Of a stretch of 64,000 nucleotides of DNA, positions 62,011-64,000 are shown in pieces; position 1 is the first letter of the stretch; every line of letters starts with the position of its first letter. The DNA is from an uncultured Acidobacteriaceae bacterium (GTDB taxonomy: Bacteria; Acidobacteriota; Terriglobia; Terriglobales; Acidobacteriaceae): NCBI GenBank assembly GCA_963739125.1, contig CAVTZD010000001.1:4657107-4721106 (forward strand). Direction: 5' to 3'. The position numbers and the translations under genes were made by a program. The notes under the pieces were generated by a model. It was given only the letters and a program-made list of their open reading frames with translations. It searched no databases and was not told where the DNA came from.

Positions 62011-62422
62011 TTTGCTCCAGAGGCTGGGTGACGATACTTATGTTAGTGATGCCCGCCTGCTTCACCGCGTCCATTACGGTCGCGAACGCGCCGAAAGGCA
62101 CGTTCTCATCCGCACGCACAAAAATAAACTGGTTGTGCGGGTCGCGAATCTTCTGCCGCAACCTGGTTGCGATCTCATTAATGTTGATGGCGTCATTGCC
62201 CAGAAAGACTCGCTGATCTTTGTTGATGGTAATTACCAGCCGCTCTTGGGTGATCTCCCTGACTGTCCGGGTCTTGGGCACGCTGACGTCGATGCCTGAC
62301 TGCAGCACCGGGGCCGTCACCATGAAGATAATCAGGAGGACCAGCACCACGTCGACCAGCGGAGTGATGTTGATATCGGCGAGGGCGCTCTGCGTGCGGC
62401 CGTTTGTGGTGGTAAACGCCAT
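61994..62422 (-). CDS. tolR: Biopolymer transport protein TolR/ExbD
   Basis: 142 aa. It has the typical ExbD N-terminus (INITPLVDVVLVLLIIFMV). An ATGA overlap couples it to tolQ. Confidence 0.92.
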   Translation of the reverse strand: MAFTTTNGRTQSALADINITPLVDVVLVLLIIFMVTAPVLQSGIDVSVPKTRTVREITQERLVITINKDQRVFLGNDAININEIATRLRQKIRDPHNQFIFVRADENVPFGAFATVMDAVKQAGITNISIVTQPLEQSGGKR

Positions 62423-63141
62423 CAGCGCCTCACGTCAGCCGGAACTTTGGCTTGAGCCTGCGCCTGGCTGAATTCCACGGCGTTGATTACTTCGAGGGCA
62501 AAGTCGTCGCCGCGCGCCGCAAACTCCCGAATCGACGACCCGATCAGGTTGTAGGCGATGACCGCCGGAATCGCTGCCGCCAATCCCGCGGCAGTCGTAA
62601 TCAGAGCCTCGGAAATTCCAGGAGCCACCGCACGCAAGGTGGCCGCTCCGGCCGTGCCCAATCCGTGAAACGCGTCGATGATGCCCCACACCGTGCCGAA
62701 TAGCCCGATAAACGGCGTGACTGCCGCGGTAATCGCCAGCCACGGCATGTTTCGCTCCAGACGCGTGATTTCCTCCGACGCTCCGATCTGCATGCCGCGC
62801 TGGATCGCGGTCACGCTGCGCAGAGCGCCTGCGCCTTCAAGTTGCCGCTTGTATTCCTCAAATCCGCCTTCGAATACGCCTACCAGCGGGCTGGGGCGAA
62901 ACTGTTCGGCAACGGCGGCAATATCCTGCAAGCGCTGTGCCTTGCGAAACGCGCGCACGAAGCGTCCGCTCTGCGCCTTCGCCCGCCGCACCAGGCTCCA
63001 TTTGGTCAGGATGATGGCCCAGGAGAGCAGGCTGAAGGCCAGGAGGGCCAGCAGCACCAGCTTTGCCACCGGGCCGCTGTCGGAAATCATGTCGACGATT
63101 TCGCCGCCGACGAAAGCTGCCAGCAAAGGAAGAGAGTGCAT
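62422..63141 (-). CDS. tolQ: Proton-channel protein TolQ/ExbB (MotA/TolQ/ExbB family)
   Basis: About 239 aa from ATG 63141. The conserved block reads LAITAAVTPFIGLFGTVWGIIDAF...VAPGISEALITTAAGL. Confidence 0.92.
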   Translation of the reverse strand: MHSLPLLAAFVGGEIVDMISDSGPVAKLVLLALLAFSLLSWAIILTKWSLVRRAKAQSGRFVRAFRKAQRLQDIAAVAEQFRPSPLVGVFEGGFEEYKRQLEGAGALRSVTAIQRGMQIGASEEITRLERNMPWLAITAAVTPFIGLFGTVWGIIDAFHGLGTAGAATLRAVAPGISEALITTAAGLAAAIPAVIAYNLIGSSIREFAARGDDFALEVINAVEFSQAQAQAKVPADVRR

Positions 63142-63237
63142 TGTTTTTTGGAAAATACCTGCCCAGATTATAGATGACCCCGGCGCCCGAATCGGCTGCA
63201 CGTACCCGATCCGGCAACGAAAATTTGCGGCTTGCTT

Positions 63238-63789
63238 TTACGGTTTCGCCGTCCTCGGGTCGGTATTGCTGAAGGCAAAGTGCACGGCCATGGAGTCGAG
63301 ATACGGCGAATCCAGCGGCGTAAAATGCAGATCCTTCACCTGAAAAGCGACATAAAATGAATCCACTTTCACGATGCGCATCGCGCGGATCGCGACCAGG
63401 CCGAACCGGCTCGGATTCAGCCACCACAGATTATTCCTGGGGTCGGCCGAGGGCGCCTGATCTGCCAGCAGGATGTTGTTGTAGATCGGATGGTGCAGAT
63501 CCTTCAGCCTTACCCGCCACGAAGTGATCTGCGTGTCGCCCTCGGGACGCTGGGGAATAATGGTCAGTTCGTAGCGGTCGTTTCCCGCCGGATCCTTTAT
63601 CAGTTCCCGGTAGGTTGCGTTGTCGGGCGTCAGTTTCACGTCGAACTGCTCTTCGGTGACCCGCGTCGCGCCTTTGCGGAAGCTCTCAGCATAGATAGTT
63701 GAGGAAGTCTGGGCGTGCGTCACGGCAGTCATCAGCATGATAATCATGACTGCGAGGAGAACTGGTGTGCCTGGCGTGATTCGTCTCAT
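63238..63789 (-). CDS. Secreted hypothetical protein upstream of tolQ
   Basis: 183 aa with a signal peptide (MRRITPGTPVLLAVMIIMLMTAVTHAQ). It is on the same strand as the tol genes. Its start overlaps the stop of the upstream ORF (ATGA). I recognise no family. Confidence 0.65.
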   Translation of the reverse strand: MRRITPGTPVLLAVMIIMLMTAVTHAQTSSTIYAESFRKGATRVTEEQFDVKLTPDNATYRELIKDPAGNDRYELTIIPQRPEGDTQITSWRVRLKDLHHPIYNNILLADQAPSADPRNNLWWLNPSRFGLVAIRAMRIVKVDSFYVAFQVKDLHFTPLDSPYLDSMAVHFAFSNTDPRTAKP

Positions 63790-64000
63790 TGCCGGTTGGC
63801 ACCCTCGAGTGCTGGAGCATTGGCCGCGACGGCGCCGGTCTCGGTCATTCGTGGAGTGGAGGCTTGCGGATCGGTCGGGCTCGAATTATTTTTTTGCAGA
63901 TCGTTTTTTTGCAGATCGCTCTTTTGCAGATCAGTCTTGCGCAGCCAGTCACACAGCGCACGCGAGGCGTGATTGCTGTTCTTCGCCATTTGAGCCACTT
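63786..64000 (-). CDS. Hypothetical protein, 3' part only (the ORF may continue beyond the window edge), containing a DLQK(S/N) pentapeptide repeat
   Basis: The frame is open from the window edge to the stop at 63786. It is translationally coupled to the next ORF. It contains a 15-bp x4 tandem repeat. Confidence 0.35.
   Translation of the reverse strand, partial: VAQMAKNSNHASRALCDWLRKTDLQKSDLQKNDLQKNNSSPTDPQASTPRMTETGAVAANAPALEGANRQ
63889..63948. repeat. 15-bp x4 tandem repeat (two perfect and two degenerate units)
   Basis: The units are TTTTTTTGCAGATCG x2, CTCTTTTGCAGATCA and GTCTTGCGCAGCCAG. The minus strand encodes the DLQK(N/S) repeats. Confidence 0.85.

Overview
GC-rich chromosomal segment from a diderm bacterium. 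The gene content and repeat style suggest Acidobacteriota, but that is inference only. About 49 protein-coding genes are supportable. I recognised no rRNA, tRNA, CRISPR array, transposase or integrase.

Contents, left to right:
1. 95-14780: a phosphate-acquisition and polyphosphate island. It holds a beta-propeller/phosphoesterase fusion, phoU-pstBAC, ppx, sixA-ppk1, a coiled-coil porin and pstS.
2. 15234-19756: a GH15 glucoamylase and an FHA-GAF-PP2C phosphatase.
3. 19974-23982: three DUF2029/GT87-like membrane proteins in alternating orientation.
4. 24504-34834: a Flp/Tad pilus operon (flp, cpaB, cpaC, cpaE, cpaF, tadB, tadC). No prepilin peptidase or minor pilins are visible. The operon ends in a DUF192 protein and an 840-aa protein with 14 V-x-P-P-x-P repeats and a TonB_C domain.
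5. 35031-35980: two tandem stand-alone CZB (zinc-binding sensor) proteins.
6. 36018-41626: a polytopic membrane protein, NDH-2, NfeD and a SIMPL protein.
7. 41825-48283: a c-di-GMP module. A GGDEF cyclase and a REC-HD-GYP regulator face a large GAF/PAS histidine kinase that carries a degenerate receiver.
8. 48438-57053: two small envelope proteins, then dnaE, accA and korAB.
9. 57726-63141: a Tol-Pal cluster (tolQ, tolR, tolA-like, tolB, pal, cpoB). Its Pal carries an extra module flanked by polyproline.

Most intergenic spacers hold copies of at least seven families of palindromic REP/MITE-like repeats. One copy lies in frame inside a coding sequence and another supplies a gene's stop codon.

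The best candidate for an undescribed system is the atypical tail of the Tad operon (DUF192 plus the giant TonB_C protein) together with its neighbours. All functional calls rest on motif recognition by eye. Start codons are approximate.
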